Source of the DNA: an uncultured Chthonomonadaceae bacterium | Lineage (GTDB): Bacteria > Armatimonadota > Chthonomonadetes > Chthonomonadales > Chthonomonadaceae | Direction of reading: 5' to 3' | DNA length: 64,000 nucleotides | NCBI GenBank assembly: GCA_963835065.1 | Contig: CAWIEK010000043.1 | Coordinates: 1-64,000, forward strand | Shown here: positions 29,409 to 40,755 of the stretch, in pieces | How positions within the stretch are numbered: position 1 is the stretch's first letter | Layout: every line of letters starts with the position of its first letter | Made by a program: the position numbers and the translations under genes | The notes under the pieces: model-generated | Told to the model about the DNA's origin: nothing | Database searches by the model: none | What the model saw: only the letters and a program-made list of their open reading frames with translations

Positions 29409-30741
29409 TTATTCTGTATTGAGCAGCGTTTGAACGGCGTTGCGGATTTGGGCTTCGCAGCCGGGGGCGAAGTTGAGTGTACCGTAGTATTTATAGGCTT
29501 CTTCGATTTCGTAGCCGCCGCGTTTGTGTTCCGCGTCCGTCGCCAGATAGCCGTAGCAGCCGTTCGTGTAGCCCAGGCAGAACAACGGCGCGGAAGATTG
29601 GGCGGTAAAATCCAGTTGGTACTGCGCGAACATTTCGGCGGGGAAACCGAGGAATGTTGCGCCGCCGAGTGTGAGTTTTTGAATCGTGAACGGCTGGAGA
29701 AAATCGAAGTCCGGCAGGCAATGGATTAATTGCGCCGCCTGCGCCCATTCCATGCGTCCCTGCGCCTGCATCCCGCGAAGGTCTTCAGGGTCAAGGGGAA
29801 AGGTCTGCTGCATCACTGTGGAGTTATGGTCAAGAACTTGCTGACATTCCTCCCACGCGGGCGGCGGGGAAAGCGGCAGTTGCACGGTCACTTCCGCAAA
29901 GTCCAGCGTGTCGTCCATGCGTCCGTGCGCGTTCCAGCGGGCGGTGTGCGCGGCGTCCGCGATGATAGTGTCCGTTGTGCTGCACATCGGCCCAGGTTCC
30001 GCGCCGCAGGGGGTTGATGTCGCCGCAGCAGCCTTGCAGAAAAAACGGCAGGGCGTCGGCGGCAATACCGGTGTCGGCGGACTCGGCGCGAAACCGTTCC
30101 TTCAAGCGCGAAACCGCCGCGCCGGGCCAATCCGCCGTCAGCAGCCGATTGTCCCTCCCCATCGTCGTCGGGTGACACGCATGGCTGAACAGCAACGCGA
30201 AAGTGCGCCCATCCGCCCCGTTCACGCACAAGACCTGCACAAGCGGCGTAACCGCCCCGCCGTAGTTGTGCCCGATCACAACGCTGCCATCCGGTTTGGT
30301 TTCGCGCCGGTTGACGCCGATTTGCGTGGAAGATTCGCCATACGTCAGATGCGCGGGCTGCAAGTTCGATGCCGCCTGCCGCGCCGCGCCCGCCAGTTTG
30401 CGCAGCAGCAAAGAATTATACGCCTCATCCGGTTCCCCCATGCCGCGATACGGATACACATACGGCCCGCCATGCGTGTGCGTACAGTGCAGCATGACGG
30501 CTTCGGGAACTGTGCCGATTTCTGCAGCAATGGTTGCCCGCGCTTCCGCCAGCCATTCGGGGATAGCGGCAAGGTCGGCGGCAATCAGCGCAAGGCGCGT
30601 TCGTCCATTGTCCAGCACCAGGACGCGGGCGTACAGTTCGTCGTGGACGCCAATTGCCCGCCCCCGTCCCGCATAGCCGCCCATCCACACATCCGGCGGC
30701 GGCGTAATGTTCGTTTCGCACACTCCCGCATACAACGGCAT
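29409..30741 (-). CDS. Neutral/alkaline ceramidase-like hydrolase, frameshifted near 29970
   Basis: ITPP...MGGY, HDELYAR, THTHGGP, CHPT, QGCCGDINP, then PAEMF...GYTNG...GGYE in the second frame. Confidence 0.85.
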
Positions 30742-30761
30742 AGACAGCTCCAATCGAAATG

Positions 30762-30956
30762 AACCACCCGCTTCGCTAGAGACACAGAGACACAGAGGAA
30801 AAGCCAATACGAGAAAGGACAAAGAAAGAGAGGAAAGGGAACCGCAAAGAGGCAAAGACAGCAAAGTGGTTTATTCTCTTCTTTTTTCCTCTTCTTCTTT
30901 TCTTCCCCTCTGTGTTCCCTCTCTGTGCCTCTGTGTCTCTAGCGAAGCGGGTGGTT
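30762..30956. repeat. Long inverted-repeat element, copy 3
   Basis: AACCACCCGCTTCGCTAGAGACACAGAG...CTCTGTGTCTCTAGCGAAGCGGGTGGTT; shares internal AACCGCAAAGAGGCAAA; supplies the deacetylase stop codon. Confidence 0.85.
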
Positions 30957-31745
30957 AGTAATCTCTTCGCCTTTAATCGGCAGCAGTTCCGGGATGGTGA
31001 CGCAGTGGTAGCCGCGCCTTGTTAAACCTTCCAGAACGAGGGGCAGGGCGGCAACGGTGAGTTCGCGGGGCGCGCTGCCGCCGTCGTGCAGCAGGAGGAT
31101 ACCGCCCGGACGGAGCAGGCGCAGGGCGCGGGTCGCCATCTGTTGCGGCGTGGGCGCGTCCTGGTGTTCCAGCGCGACGCTCCATAAAATGATATGATCG
31201 TGGCGCTGCTGCGCGGCATTATAAATAGTCGGGTTCCACAGGCCGCGCGGCGGGCGAAACAAATGGGTACGCAGGCCAAGCGCGGCTTGCAGAGTGTGGT
31301 CGCAGGCCGTAATTTCCGCTTGCACCTGGGATGCGGACAGAAGGTTGAGGTAGGGGTGCGTGTCCGTGTGGTTGCCGATGGCGTGTCCCTGCGCCAGAAT
31401 CGCGCGGGCGAGTTCGGGATGGGCGCGGACGTATCGCCCTTCCACAAAAAACGTCGCTTTGGCGTGATAGCGCTGTAGAATGGCGAGTATCTGCGGGGTA
31501 TAGCGGGGGTCGGGGCCGTCGTCAATGGTCAGGGCAATGCACGGCGAACCGTCGGAAGACTGCGTTTGCGTCCCCTGCCACACGACCACGCCGGAATGAC
31601 AATCGCGCCACCATTCCGAAAGCGTAAACCCGTCCACGCGCCCGAAGCAGGCGAACAGAGCCAGAACGAGCAGGACAACGCCTGCACGTTTGACGATTTT
31701 CCAAAACCGGGATATTGTCGGCTGCCTGTATCCGCGTTTACGCAT
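30939..31745 (-). CDS. Polysaccharide deacetylase (NodB/CE4)
   Basis: LTIDDGP, NHTDTH, FRPPRG, ILLLHDG. Confidence 0.93.
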   Translation of the reverse strand: MRKRGYRQPTISRFWKIVKRAGVVLLVLALFACFGRVDGFTLSEWWRDCHSGVVVWQGTQTQSSDGSPCIALTIDDGPDPRYTPQILAILQRYHAKATFFVEGRYVRAHPELARAILAQGHAIGNHTDTHPYLNLLSASQVQAEITACDHTLQAALGLRTHLFRPPRGLWNPTIYNAAQQRHDHIILWSVALEHQDAPTPQQMATRALRLLRPGGILLLHDGGSAPRELTVAALPLVLEGLTRRGYHCVTIPELLPIKGEEITNHPLR

Positions 31746-31790
31746 ACAGGGATTATATCGCATTTAGGGTGAAGATACAATCAACAACTG

Positions 31791-33794
31791 TCACTTCGTC
31801 TTGCGCTTGCGGCGGTTCTTGAAGCCACCTGTCAGGGCGGCAAACTTGGACGCCAGCATTGCCGCCTGAATCCGCTGTTTCAGAATGGGAATGTTGCGGT
31901 TATCTGGGGCGACTTGTTCCATTAAGTTGAGCCATGTCTGTGCGCCGTCGGGTTCTTCCCTTGCGATCAGCAGTTCTATTTGCGCGCTCGCCAAAGCCGA
32001 TGCCTCGCTGACGTGCAGGCGTTTTTGCTTGGTCAACGGTTCCAGCAGAGCGGACGCTTCTTCTATTTTGCCTTCCCATATCAAAATATGCGCCATGTTC
32101 ACGCAACCGAAGAAATAATCAGGGTGACCCGCATGGACATAGCGAATCATCTCCTTGAAGTCTTCATCGCGCTCTTGTACCTGATAAGTTGCTGCCAGAT
32201 TGTTCAGGATCGTCGGGTCGTCCGGCTCTTCTTCTAATGCCTGCGTGAAAATCGCTTCCGCTTCCTGCAAATTGCCCACGCTCAGGTTTTCCATGCCTTT
32301 TTCAATCTTATCCTGAATATGGGGTGCATGGCGAACCATCGGCTCGGAATAGATTTCATAGTTCATGGAAATGGTTTCCTGCCATTCCCCTTTGAGCCAC
32401 ATCCGAACCGTCGCGCCTACTTCCACCAGGCCCGCTTCCGAAGCCGCTTGCAGCGCCTGCAAGCGCAGTTCGTCCGGCCCATGCGAACTCAAGGCAAAAT
32501 CGCGCAGGGCGGTCAGCAGTTCGGGGCTGTCAGCATTGCGCGCCAGAAGCAGCGCCAGAGTACGCGCCTCCGGTTCGCCTTTTTCCAGCAGAATGGGCAC
32601 AATGGAAATGAGTTCCGGGTGTTGGCTCACCAGAGCGCGCGCTACCTTGGGCAGCGCTTCCCCGCCATGATGTATGGCGGCAGGCAATTGGAGTTTCAAA
32701 GTACGCAGCACCGTTGACAGCATCCAGTTGCTTGCAGAATACGGCCAGGGCGCGTGTCGCTGTTCAACGGGAAGGCTTAAATCGGCAAGATTTTTGCGCG
32801 CCAGGTCGAATGTCGGCTGTAAGGCAAGCGCCTGCTTCCAGTGAGCGCGCGCTTCTTCCGGCTTGCCCTGCCGCAGCGCGGCAACGCCTGCCAGATGGTG
32901 CAGCAGCGGATGCTCGAAAGAACTGTCATCTTCCGGTTTGGCTTCGGCGCGCTTCCAGGCGGCAAGCACCCCGGCGTCATCTCCTACATACGTCAGCGAC
33001 TCCGCGATTTTTAATTGCTTTTGATAGGCATAGGCCTGGCTGGCTTTAAGCGAGGCGGCAAACTCCCGCGCTTCATCGGGAAAGCCCGTCAGCACCGCGT
33101 AATGCGTCAGATTGCCGAGCGCGTGAACATTGTCCGGCTCGAAGTCCAGCACACTCCGTGCCGTAATGATCGCGTTGTCAATATCGCCTTCGGCGTAATA
33201 GGACTGGCTGACGTTGTTCAGCGTGGGCGCGTAATTCGGACGCCGATCCAGCAATTGTTTGGCGGCCTGCCGCATTTCCCGGTACTGGCCGCTTTCCAGT
33301 AGGCTTTGCGTTCGTTCATGCAGGGCGGCGAGTTCCAAGCCATCGGGTCCGGTCAGGCGCGAACCCTCCAGATACTCCGGCAGAATCTTCTCCAGGTTGG
33401 CGATCATCTTTTTGGCGTCTTCTGTAAGCGCATGGTGCGGCCAGCGGGTCGGAAAGTCGCGCACAGCCAGCATCGCCAGCGCAATGCGCGTGTTGTTCAG
33501 GTGCGCGCTCGCCAGCGCCAGCGTCAGGTCGGGCATATTGGGCGTGAGTTTGAGCAATCCTTCCGCCGCCCGCGCATACAGGGGCATATTTTTGGTTTCA
33601 TAGGCGGCGTTTACCAGATCGGTCAGCACTTCCGCGCGGTTCGGATAGCGCCGGTTGAGGTCTTCCAGCAGACTGATCGCTTCCGGCGCGCGTTTCTGCG
33701 TCAACAGCGCGTCCGCATTTCTCAACTCCGTAAGCAGCGCGGACGGTAGGGGAGCCGTCGGCTTTCGCAGTATATTCGCTTTCTTTTTCGGCAT
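31791..33794 (-). CDS. Tetratricopeptide-repeat protein
   Basis: Multiple TPR-like helical repeats ending in P-x-[ND]. Confidence 0.85.
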   Translation of the reverse strand: MPKKKANILRKPTAPLPSALLTELRNADALLTQKRAPEAISLLEDLNRRYPNRAEVLTDLVNAAYETKNMPLYARAAEGLLKLTPNMPDLTLALASAHLNNTRIALAMLAVRDFPTRWPHHALTEDAKKMIANLEKILPEYLEGSRLTGPDGLELAALHERTQSLLESGQYREMRQAAKQLLDRRPNYAPTLNNVSQSYYAEGDIDNAIITARSVLDFEPDNVHALGNLTHYAVLTGFPDEAREFAASLKASQAYAYQKQLKIAESLTYVGDDAGVLAAWKRAEAKPEDDSSFEHPLLHHLAGVAALRQGKPEEARAHWKQALALQPTFDLARKNLADLSLPVEQRHAPWPYSASNWMLSTVLRTLKLQLPAAIHHGGEALPKVARALVSQHPELISIVPILLEKGEPEARTLALLLARNADSPELLTALRDFALSSHGPDELRLQALQAASEAGLVEVGATVRMWLKGEWQETISMNYEIYSEPMVRHAPHIQDKIEKGMENLSVGNLQEAEAIFTQALEEEPDDPTILNNLAATYQVQERDEDFKEMIRYVHAGHPDYFFGCVNMAHILIWEGKIEEASALLEPLTKQKRLHVSEASALASAQIELLIAREEPDGAQTWLNLMEQVAPDNRNIPILKQRIQAAMLASKFAALTGGFKNRRKRKTK

Positions 33795-34001
33795 CGTGAA
33801 CTCTCCCAACAAGGCATAATTTGTTTCCTGCTAAAAGGATGGAGATATTACAAGCAAATCCGACATCGGAGTTGTTCCATGGCAGAGTTAAATCGCCACA
33901 CACAACTCACTGAAAGAGCGAACTCAGATGTCTTCTTTAGTCTACCGCATCTATGCCTTGTTGACGCAAGCGCTAACCGACGTGCCGAAGGGAACAATCT
34001 T

Positions 34002-35255
34002 CTATTGAAAAACGGCGCTTATGCCGGGCTTCAAGTTGCTATTCGCGTCCCAGATTCCCCAGGAAGGGAAATCATTATACTTGGACTTGTAAAATTCGTC
34101 GAACGCTTCAAAGTAGAACATAGGGACGTTCGCGCCGCGTGCCCATGTCTCGACAGCGTTGAAATACGTTGTGGCATTGGCGGCGGAGGGGATCGCAGCC
34201 GGACTAAAGGAGACCGGCGAACCGGAACTGGGCCAGCCTGTTTCTGTGATGATTACCTGCTTGCCGTTGGCAGCTTGCACAGTCTGCATGTAATCTGCCT
34301 GGAGCTTGGAAAGCGCCTGATCAATGGCAGCATTTTCGTAAAATGGATAAATATTCACCGCGACCACATCAACGGCAGCAATCACCTGCGGATGCGCCAC
34401 AATCGTGTTCCAGGTATCGGCGTACGTGACTTGCACACCGGCTGGAACCTGTGATTTGACCGACTTGATGTAGGCGATCAGTTGATCCTCGGATGCCGTA
34501 TTGTTGAGCAGCGTCTCATTGCCTACGATAGCAATATCCACATTGCCGGCTTTGGCTGCTGCAATCAGATTGGCGATTTGGGCATTGTTCACCGTTGTAT
34601 CGGAACCGATATAGGCTCCGATAGCGGTTTTGAAACCCTGTTGACGCGCCTTGGCGGGTATGTTTTCCAGGCCGTTTTGGGTGCCAAAAGTGCGAATCCA
34701 TTGGGTATAACCCTTCATTGTCTGCAGCAGCGAGTTGATCTGAGCAGAAGAAACCTGTGCGCTGCTTTGAATGTTGGGATCCTGGTTCTGGTTGACGTAG
34801 GGGCTGAAGTTAAGCCCATAGACGGGATTGAGAGTCGGCATGGAGGGGGCAGTCGGCGTGGCTTTGACTTCATTGGACTTGCCGCTTTCTCCCGCGCTGT
34901 TGACGGCAGTAACCTGGTAGTAATAGGCCGTGCTGTTGGTAAGTCCGGGATCTGTGAAAGCAGTCGTGGCGGCGGTGGCCGCAAAACTTTCCGCGCCGGA
35001 GCTTGTGCTTCGGTACACGCGGTATCCCGTCGCGCGATCACTCGCGCTCCAGGACAGCGCTACCTGACCGTTGCCGGCAGATGCGCTCAATCCCGATGGA
35101 GCCGATGGAATTGTGAGCGTGGAGGTATTATGCCCTCCACAGGCGCATAAACAATTCAGCATCGCCAGCATCAATCCAAGGCGCGCGCTCAAGACAAGGT
35201 TCAGCCGCAGGTGGGTACGATGCGCCCCGGGGCTTGCGCAGTAAAATCGGTACAT
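34002..35255 (-). CDS. Lipoprotein with FN3 domain and GH17 (exo-beta-1,3-glucanase-like) domain
   Basis: LCAC lipobox-like site; PSAPSGL...YYYQVTAVN FN3; WIRTF, VGNE, ITETGWPS, FEAFDE. Confidence 0.88.
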   Translation of the reverse strand: MYRFYCASPGAHRTHLRLNLVLSARLGLMLAMLNCLCACGGHNTSTLTIPSAPSGLSASAGNGQVALSWSASDRATGYRVYRSTSSGAESFAATAATTAFTDPGLTNSTAYYYQVTAVNSAGESGKSNEVKATPTAPSMPTLNPVYGLNFSPYVNQNQDPNIQSSAQVSSAQINSLLQTMKGYTQWIRTFGTQNGLENIPAKARQQGFKTAIGAYIGSDTTVNNAQIANLIAAAKAGNVDIAIVGNETLLNNTASEDQLIAYIKSVKSQVPAGVQVTYADTWNTIVAHPQVIAAVDVVAVNIYPFYENAAIDQALSKLQADYMQTVQAANGKQVIITETGWPSSGSPVSFSPAAIPSAANATTYFNAVETWARGANVPMFYFEAFDEFYKSKYNDFPSWGIWDANSNLKPGISAVFQ

Positions 35256-35326
35256 AATCTCTCCTTCTCCGTTGAAGTCATGTTCCTCTCACAAACATTA
35301 CCGGCCAAAGGGTAACTGCCCGCGCG

Positions 35327-35794
35327 CTATTGCGCAAGCGCCGTCTTCACCGCATTGGTCAAGGCTGTGGCAATCTCAATCTCAACCATTTGCCCCGCAT
35401 CAGTGGTTCCATCGCCAATTTGACCTGTCTGCGCCCAGGTTGGGTCTTCGGGCTGCGCAAAGTTTGTCAATACTTGCTGCTGTTTCGTCGTTGAGAGAGT
35501 TTTTAGAGCGGCAACGCCACTGGTAAATGTGGAACTCCTGGTAACGTCGCTAACGATCTGCTGGAGCCGGTTCGAACTATCAAACTGAGACTGATCGGCT
35601 GCCGAGAAGCGGGGATTGTATACGTCTCCTCCAGGTTTTACCACGTCGCGTTGTTTTTGCGCGATAAGGCGTCCGAGGTTATTCACGGCGACAGGCAACG
35701 TTGGGTCGGGGGTATAAGCGACGCTATCGTTTCCACACCCAACGATTAGAATAAGCGCGTACAAGAACGCTGCTTGCCAAATTCTTCTGAGCAT
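35327..35794 (-). CDS. Hypothetical lipoprotein
   Basis: IVGC lipobox; AGGAAGGA RBS. Confidence 0.7.
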   Translation of the reverse strand: MLRRIWQAAFLYALILIVGCGNDSVAYTPDPTLPVAVNNLGRLIAQKQRDVVKPGGDVYNPRFSAADQSQFDSSNRLQQIVSDVTRSSTFTSGVAALKTLSTTKQQQVLTNFAQPEDPTWAQTGQIGDGTTDAGQMVEIEIATALTNAVKTALAQ

Positions 35795-35884
35795 AGTTCC
35801 TTCCTTTCTTTTGAGTCTTTCGAGCCGCTCTTGAAAGCGGCACGACGCTTTTCCTCCGAGTGTGTTTGTGAAACGTTCGAGAGA

Positions 35885-37357
35885 TCAATAGCCTGAGAAC
35901 GAAAACTGGTATCCGTAGTTGGCATCCTTATCCGCTGCGACAAATGGCATAACGCCTATCAAATTCAATTCGGGAGTGCTGTACACCTGAATTTGTTCGC
36001 CACCCATGAGTATGATCTTCTTCCCCGGCGTGTAGGGCGGATAGGACTGGATGTAATCGTGTGATGGGAAACCTTTTTTCTCCAATTGATCGTTGTCGAG
36101 GTTGTAGCGGTACAATGCCGGCAGTCCAATGGCCGGGTTGCCGGCTGCCCAGACGATGCCGATGCGTCCATTGTAGTTGGCATTGCTGACAAAATCCTCT
36201 AGTCCGTCCTGCATGATCGGGTCTGCGCCTATGCGGACGTGAGTAATCGCTCCAATTGCGTAAGAATAGGAAAGCACAAGCACGTCACCCTGATCAGAAA
36301 TCGTCGCCTTTTGCAGAACCTCCCGAACTGGAGCTTCATGGGCAAGAAGCACCTCCTCGCCGGTTTGTAAGTCGCGCCGCCGGACATCACAGGTGCGCCC
36401 GGTCTGACCAAGCAGGGTCCATGCGACATAACGCCCGTTCTCGCTGACATCGAACTGCCCATCGTGATAGCCGGAATCCCCACTATAGTCGAAGACCACC
36501 TCGCCAGTATCGGAGCGCAGCAGTACGGACTCACTGGATGTTTTGGCTGCCAGCAACAGCGAACCATCGGCATAGGTTCGGATGGGCGTGAGGCTGGAAC
36601 CTAATTCCGTTCCTTGCTGCAGAGTCGTCGCGTCGAATTTCCAAAGCTTCGCGTTACCAGGATTGGAGAAGGCAAAGGAGCGGTGTGGGTCGCTTCCCAG
36701 CACATAGGATATGTTGGTTTGCTTCGGCAGAACGGCAACTGGAGTATACGTGAAGAGGTCCACCAGAACAGCGCCAGCTTGAACAGCGGAAGCCATCATC
36801 AGTGGGCGTCCATTGATGTCCAGATTGGCATCGTAGGTAATGGTTACAGTTTGCCGCCCGACCTCTTGGCCGTTCTGGGTACAGATAACCACCACATTAT
36901 TGGCGCCGGGCATCAGACCGGAAACGAAGCGGGTGTAGCGGTGATACGTTGTGCCTGCCCGTGTCTGCACCCCGCGCGTTGTGGGATGCGCGTGGGCGCG
37001 GCGTGATCCGGCGAGGTCTACATCGTATCCATCCTGGTAGTACCCCATGACTACGGCGTCGGACGTCTTGATGGTATAGACAGCATGATCAACCGTAAAG
37101 GAGCCGCTGGGAGCAGGGATTGGCATGGCAGGGCCAGAAGGAGACTGAGGCTGTCCGCTGTTACTGGCAGCAGAGCTTCCAGATGTGCTGCCGGAGGTGG
37201 CTGCCGACGTTCCGCTTCCTCCTGAAGCAGGACTGTTATTGGAGGAAGACGTTGAAGGGCCTGAACCGCCGCCGCAACCGATAAGCAACAACGCGACAGA
37301 CGACAGACAGAAGGAGAAAAACCATGTTCGCTTCATCATTGTTGAATGCTCCTTCAT
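35885..37357 (-). CDS. Hypothetical lipoprotein with Ser-rich linker and beta-propeller-like C-terminus
   Basis: LIGCGGG lipobox; DVSENGRYVAW and ISDQGD blade-like motifs. Confidence 0.75.
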   Translation of the reverse strand: MKEHSTMMKRTWFFSFCLSSVALLLIGCGGGSGPSTSSSNNSPASGGSGTSAATSGSTSGSSAASNSGQPQSPSGPAMPIPAPSGSFTVDHAVYTIKTSDAVVMGYYQDGYDVDLAGSRRAHAHPTTRGVQTRAGTTYHRYTRFVSGLMPGANNVVVICTQNGQEVGRQTVTITYDANLDINGRPLMMASAVQAGAVLVDLFTYTPVAVLPKQTNISYVLGSDPHRSFAFSNPGNAKLWKFDATTLQQGTELGSSLTPIRTYADGSLLLAAKTSSESVLLRSDTGEVVFDYSGDSGYHDGQFDVSENGRYVAWTLLGQTGRTCDVRRRDLQTGEEVLLAHEAPVREVLQKATISDQGDVLVLSYSYAIGAITHVRIGADPIMQDGLEDFVSNANYNGRIGIVWAAGNPAIGLPALYRYNLDNDQLEKKGFPSHDYIQSYPPYTPGKKIILMGGEQIQVYSTPELNLIGVMPFVAADKDANYGYQFSFSGY

Positions 37358-37682
37358 CGCAGCAACACATGACTGTTATAGTGACAAAATAGGGCGCGTG
37401 AAAGCGATGGCAACATCAAGGCGAATCGCCGCGCGCTGGTAAGCATTGTCAATGAGCAGGCAGACTATTTTAGTTCCTATTCCAAAATTCGGGTTAGAAT
37501 GTGGAAGAGGATGAGAGTATAGGCTTCATTATAATGAAAAATAAATATAATGTCAAGTATTCGTACCCTCTAGGCTTACCTATTTTATGTCCAATTTTAC
37601 ATTGTCACAAGATAGAGATTGAAGAAGGTGATGACGGAAGCAAATAGAAACGACAATACGTTCAACGCTGAGTACCTCCGCT

Positions 37683-39828
37683 CTACGCCGCATCAAACCC
37701 CGCGTAGCCGTCGCGCTGTAGGCGGGCTTGCAGGCGGCGGAGGCGGCGGGCGGTTTGTTCCAGTCCATGTTTCTCCGCGTAGCGCAGGAGTTCGGCAAGC
37801 GGGGTTTCCAGTTGTTCTAAGGTTCCGGTCAGGCGTGGCAGCACTTTTTGCAGCAATTGCAGGTCGAGGGCGATTTGCAGGTTGCGCGGCTTGTTGCCGG
37901 GCGCGTCGGGAACAAGCAAGCCTTCTCCGTCGGCGTCGAAACTGTTGGCACAATAGCGCAACACTTCATCGCGGACGCGGTAAGCGAAGTGCAGGCCATG
38001 CGGTTCCAGCAGGGCATTGACATCCGCCAGCGTATTCACGATCTGCGCGGCGAAATCACTTCCGCCGGGGCTGACCTGCCGCAGTTTCGCCCGCGCCGCG
38101 CCCACATCCGCTGCCCGCGCCTGTAAAAACAACGCCTGCCGCACAGAAGGAGTATACCGGGCTGCATTGCCGTTACTTTCGTGTTTGCTCACGCTTTCAC
38201 TTACGGGGTTATCGCCTGCATCTTTGCCGTTGCCTGCGTCTTTGCTATCGCTTCCCTCGTTACTGCCGCTTTGATTGTTGCTGTTGCCCTTGTTTCCGGC
38301 AGCCGTTCCTTGCGTTTCGCATGGGTTCTTCGCGCAGGCGAACGTCCTGAAAGGCAATGGTGTTGGCGCGATCCAGAACCTTGCGCGACAGGCCGTGCGT
38401 GGCCTCGTCCAGATTCAGGGTTCCGGTCACGAACCAGTTGGCGGGCAGGCGGGCGGTTCTTCCATCCGGCAGGAGCAGTTCGCGCCCCGACGTTTCCATT
38501 GCGGACAGAATTTCGGCAAAGTAGTGTTCCACGCGGGCCAGGTTCATCTCGTCGAGGCACAGGAAGAAAGCGCGCTGCGCGTTTTCAGGGCGGGACGCGC
38601 GCAGCAGAAACTCCAGAAACGGCGTAGAAACAAAGCTGCCCCGGCCTTGTGGACCGGGCGCAAGCAGATTGACGTAACCAAGCAGGGGCGTGGAATCGTT
38701 CCAATCGGGGCGCGCGGCAAGCAGGCGATACTGAGTATTGGCTTCCCCGCAAAGCGCGTATGCGAACAGCGAAGTCAGGCGCGTTTTGCCCGTTCCCGAC
38801 AATCCCGACAGCAGCACGAACGGCTTGGATTGCAGGCAAAGATAATAGTCGCGTATGGTCAGCGCGGGATACGTAAACCCCTGCGCGGCAATTTCCTCTT
38901 CCAGCAGGCGCAGCAATTCCCCCTGCGTACACCCGGTAACATCTACAGGTAGCGCAGGCTGGGGCGTTTCCGCCTCGTATTCCGAGTGTGGTTCGCGCAG
39001 AGTTGATAGTTGATAGTTGATAGTTGATAGGGCATCCTCTTCTGTTCCCTCTTCTCCTCTTCTCCCCCTCTCCCCCTCTCCCCCTCTTCCTATCGCCCAC
39101 TGACCACTCCGCCCCCGTCCCGCCTTGAGCGCCATGCCCCTTGTCAGCAGGCGATGCACGGCGAGGTAGTCGGACGCTTGCAGGGTTTGGAGCGCGGCTT
39201 GGTAAACAACAACATCCGACAGCAGGCGCAAAATCGGGTCGGTGTCGGGGATGCCGACATGAACGGGGCGGTTGCTGTAGGATTCGATGCCTTGAATTTC
39301 GAGGGGCAGATCAAAGCGTTCGCGGGCTGTTTCCAGAGCGGCCTGCTGCTGTTCGGGGGAGAGTTCCAGAGCGCGCAAGCCCATGCGGGTGACAAGCGGC
39401 CACGTGTCGGGCTGATGGGCGCACAAAAACTGCATGGCCGTTTGCCCGCCCGCGTGACGCCGCGATAGGAAACCGCGCAGACGCAGGGGAACCGAGGCCT
39501 TGCCGAACAGCAGGTCGCGCAGATCGTGGTTGATGTGTTCCGGTTCGCCCGGTCTTCGCAGCAGGCGGGCGTCCAAATTGGGATTGGGCGCAAGGGCGCG
39601 AACCAGGCCGAGCAGAGCGGCGGTTTGCGCATAAGTTAAATTCGCGCCTTCGGCAAAGCCCGCCGTATCCAGCAAATGCGCAAACGCGCGAACCGTTTCC
39701 GCGTCCTCTTCGCGCAGGCGCAGGCGTTCCAGGCGTTCCTCGTCCTCGCCTTCGTCCCAGGCCGCGCGCAGGGCAAGCAGCCGCTCCGTCTGCAAACTAT
39801 TCAACTCAAACCCGGAACTCGCGGACAT
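37683..39828 (-). CDS. McrB-family AAA+ GTPase, frameshifted near 38325
   Basis: KPFVLLSGLSGTGKT, RPDWND, LDEMNLARVEHYF, GTLNLDE, KVLDRA; FAYR and QKVLPRL in the second frame. Confidence 0.88.
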
Positions 39829-40053
39829 AATTCGCTATCAACCCTGCGGCACAACATAACACAAAATAGCAGACGCAGGATACCATCAAGCGGTATCGCG
39901 CTGCGCGTACATTCGACGCCTGATACTCTGTTTCCTGCTGCCTGTTTGTCCCTGCGCCTGGCAGCGGCAACTCCTAATTCTAACCAAAAAGGCGATGCTA
40001 TCCCCTTTTTCACTCAAAATCGCTAAGAATATACCGGAAAATCAGCCATTCAA

Positions 40054-40082
40054 TTGACAGGAACGCGGAAACCTGCTATAAT
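40054..40082 (+). promoter_or_regulatory. Consensus sigma70 promoter of the ANTAR regulator
   Basis: TTGACA-N17-TATAAT, perfect. Confidence 0.85.
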
Positions 40083-40092
40083 CTGCGCCACT

Positions 40093-40133
40093 AGCAATGC
40101 TGCTGTAGATGTTTCAAAAACCGGAAAGCGCTG
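40093..40133 (+). promoter_or_regulatory. Candidate ANTAR dual-hairpin RNA motif
   Basis: AGC-AATGCT-GCT and CGG-AAAGCG-CTG; both hexaloops have A1/G4; 17-nt linker. Confidence 0.45.
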
Positions 40134-40146
40134 AAAAGTAAGAACC

Positions 40147-40755
40147 ATGCACCAGGGACGTATACTGATTGCGGACGATGAAGCCGTGCAGCGTCTGGAC
40201 CTGCGGGCCATGCTGGAATGTCTGGGACACGTCGTAGTCGGCGAAGCGGGGAACGGCGAAGTCGCTGTCGCCCTGGCCCGCCGCCTGCGCCCCGACTTGA
40301 CCATTTTGGACGTGATGATGCCCGAGACCAACGGCCTGCAAGCCGCTGAAATCATCAATCAGGAGCGGCTCGGCCCCGTGATTTTGCTGACGGCGTACAG
40401 CGACGTGCCGCTTATCGAGCAGGCAAGCCGCGCGGGCGTTCTGGCCTACCTGGTCAAGCCCTACCGCCAGCAGGAAATCCAGCCCGCCGTAGAAATCGCC
40501 ATTGCCCGCTATCGGGAAATGCGCGCGCTGGAAGGCGCGCGCGAGGATGCGCAGGATCAAATCGAAACCACGCGCCTCGTCGGACGCGCCAAGCGCGTTC
40601 TGATGGAGCGGCACAACATCAGTGATCAGGAAGCGTACCGCCGCCTGAACGCGCAGGCGCTGTCCACCGAACGCCCCCTGCGCGAAATCGCCGAGTGTAT
40701 CCTGCTCACGTCCAACATCTGCGAAGACATCCCTCTTTCGCAGCGCAGTCGTTAG
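40147..40755 (+). CDS. ANTAR-domain response regulator (AmiR/NasT/PdtaR type)
   Basis: IADDE, LDVMMP, LTAY, YLVKP receiver; RAKRVLM...EAYRRL ANTAR. Confidence 0.94.
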   Translation: MHQGRILIADDEAVQRLDLRAMLECLGHVVVGEAGNGEVAVALARRLRPDLTILDVMMPETNGLQAAEIINQERLGPVILLTAYSDVPLIEQASRAGVLAYLVKPYRQQEIQPAVEIAIARYREMRALEGAREDAQDQIETTRLVGRAKRVLMERHNISDQEAYRRLNAQALSTERPLREIAECILLTSNICEDIPLSQRSR

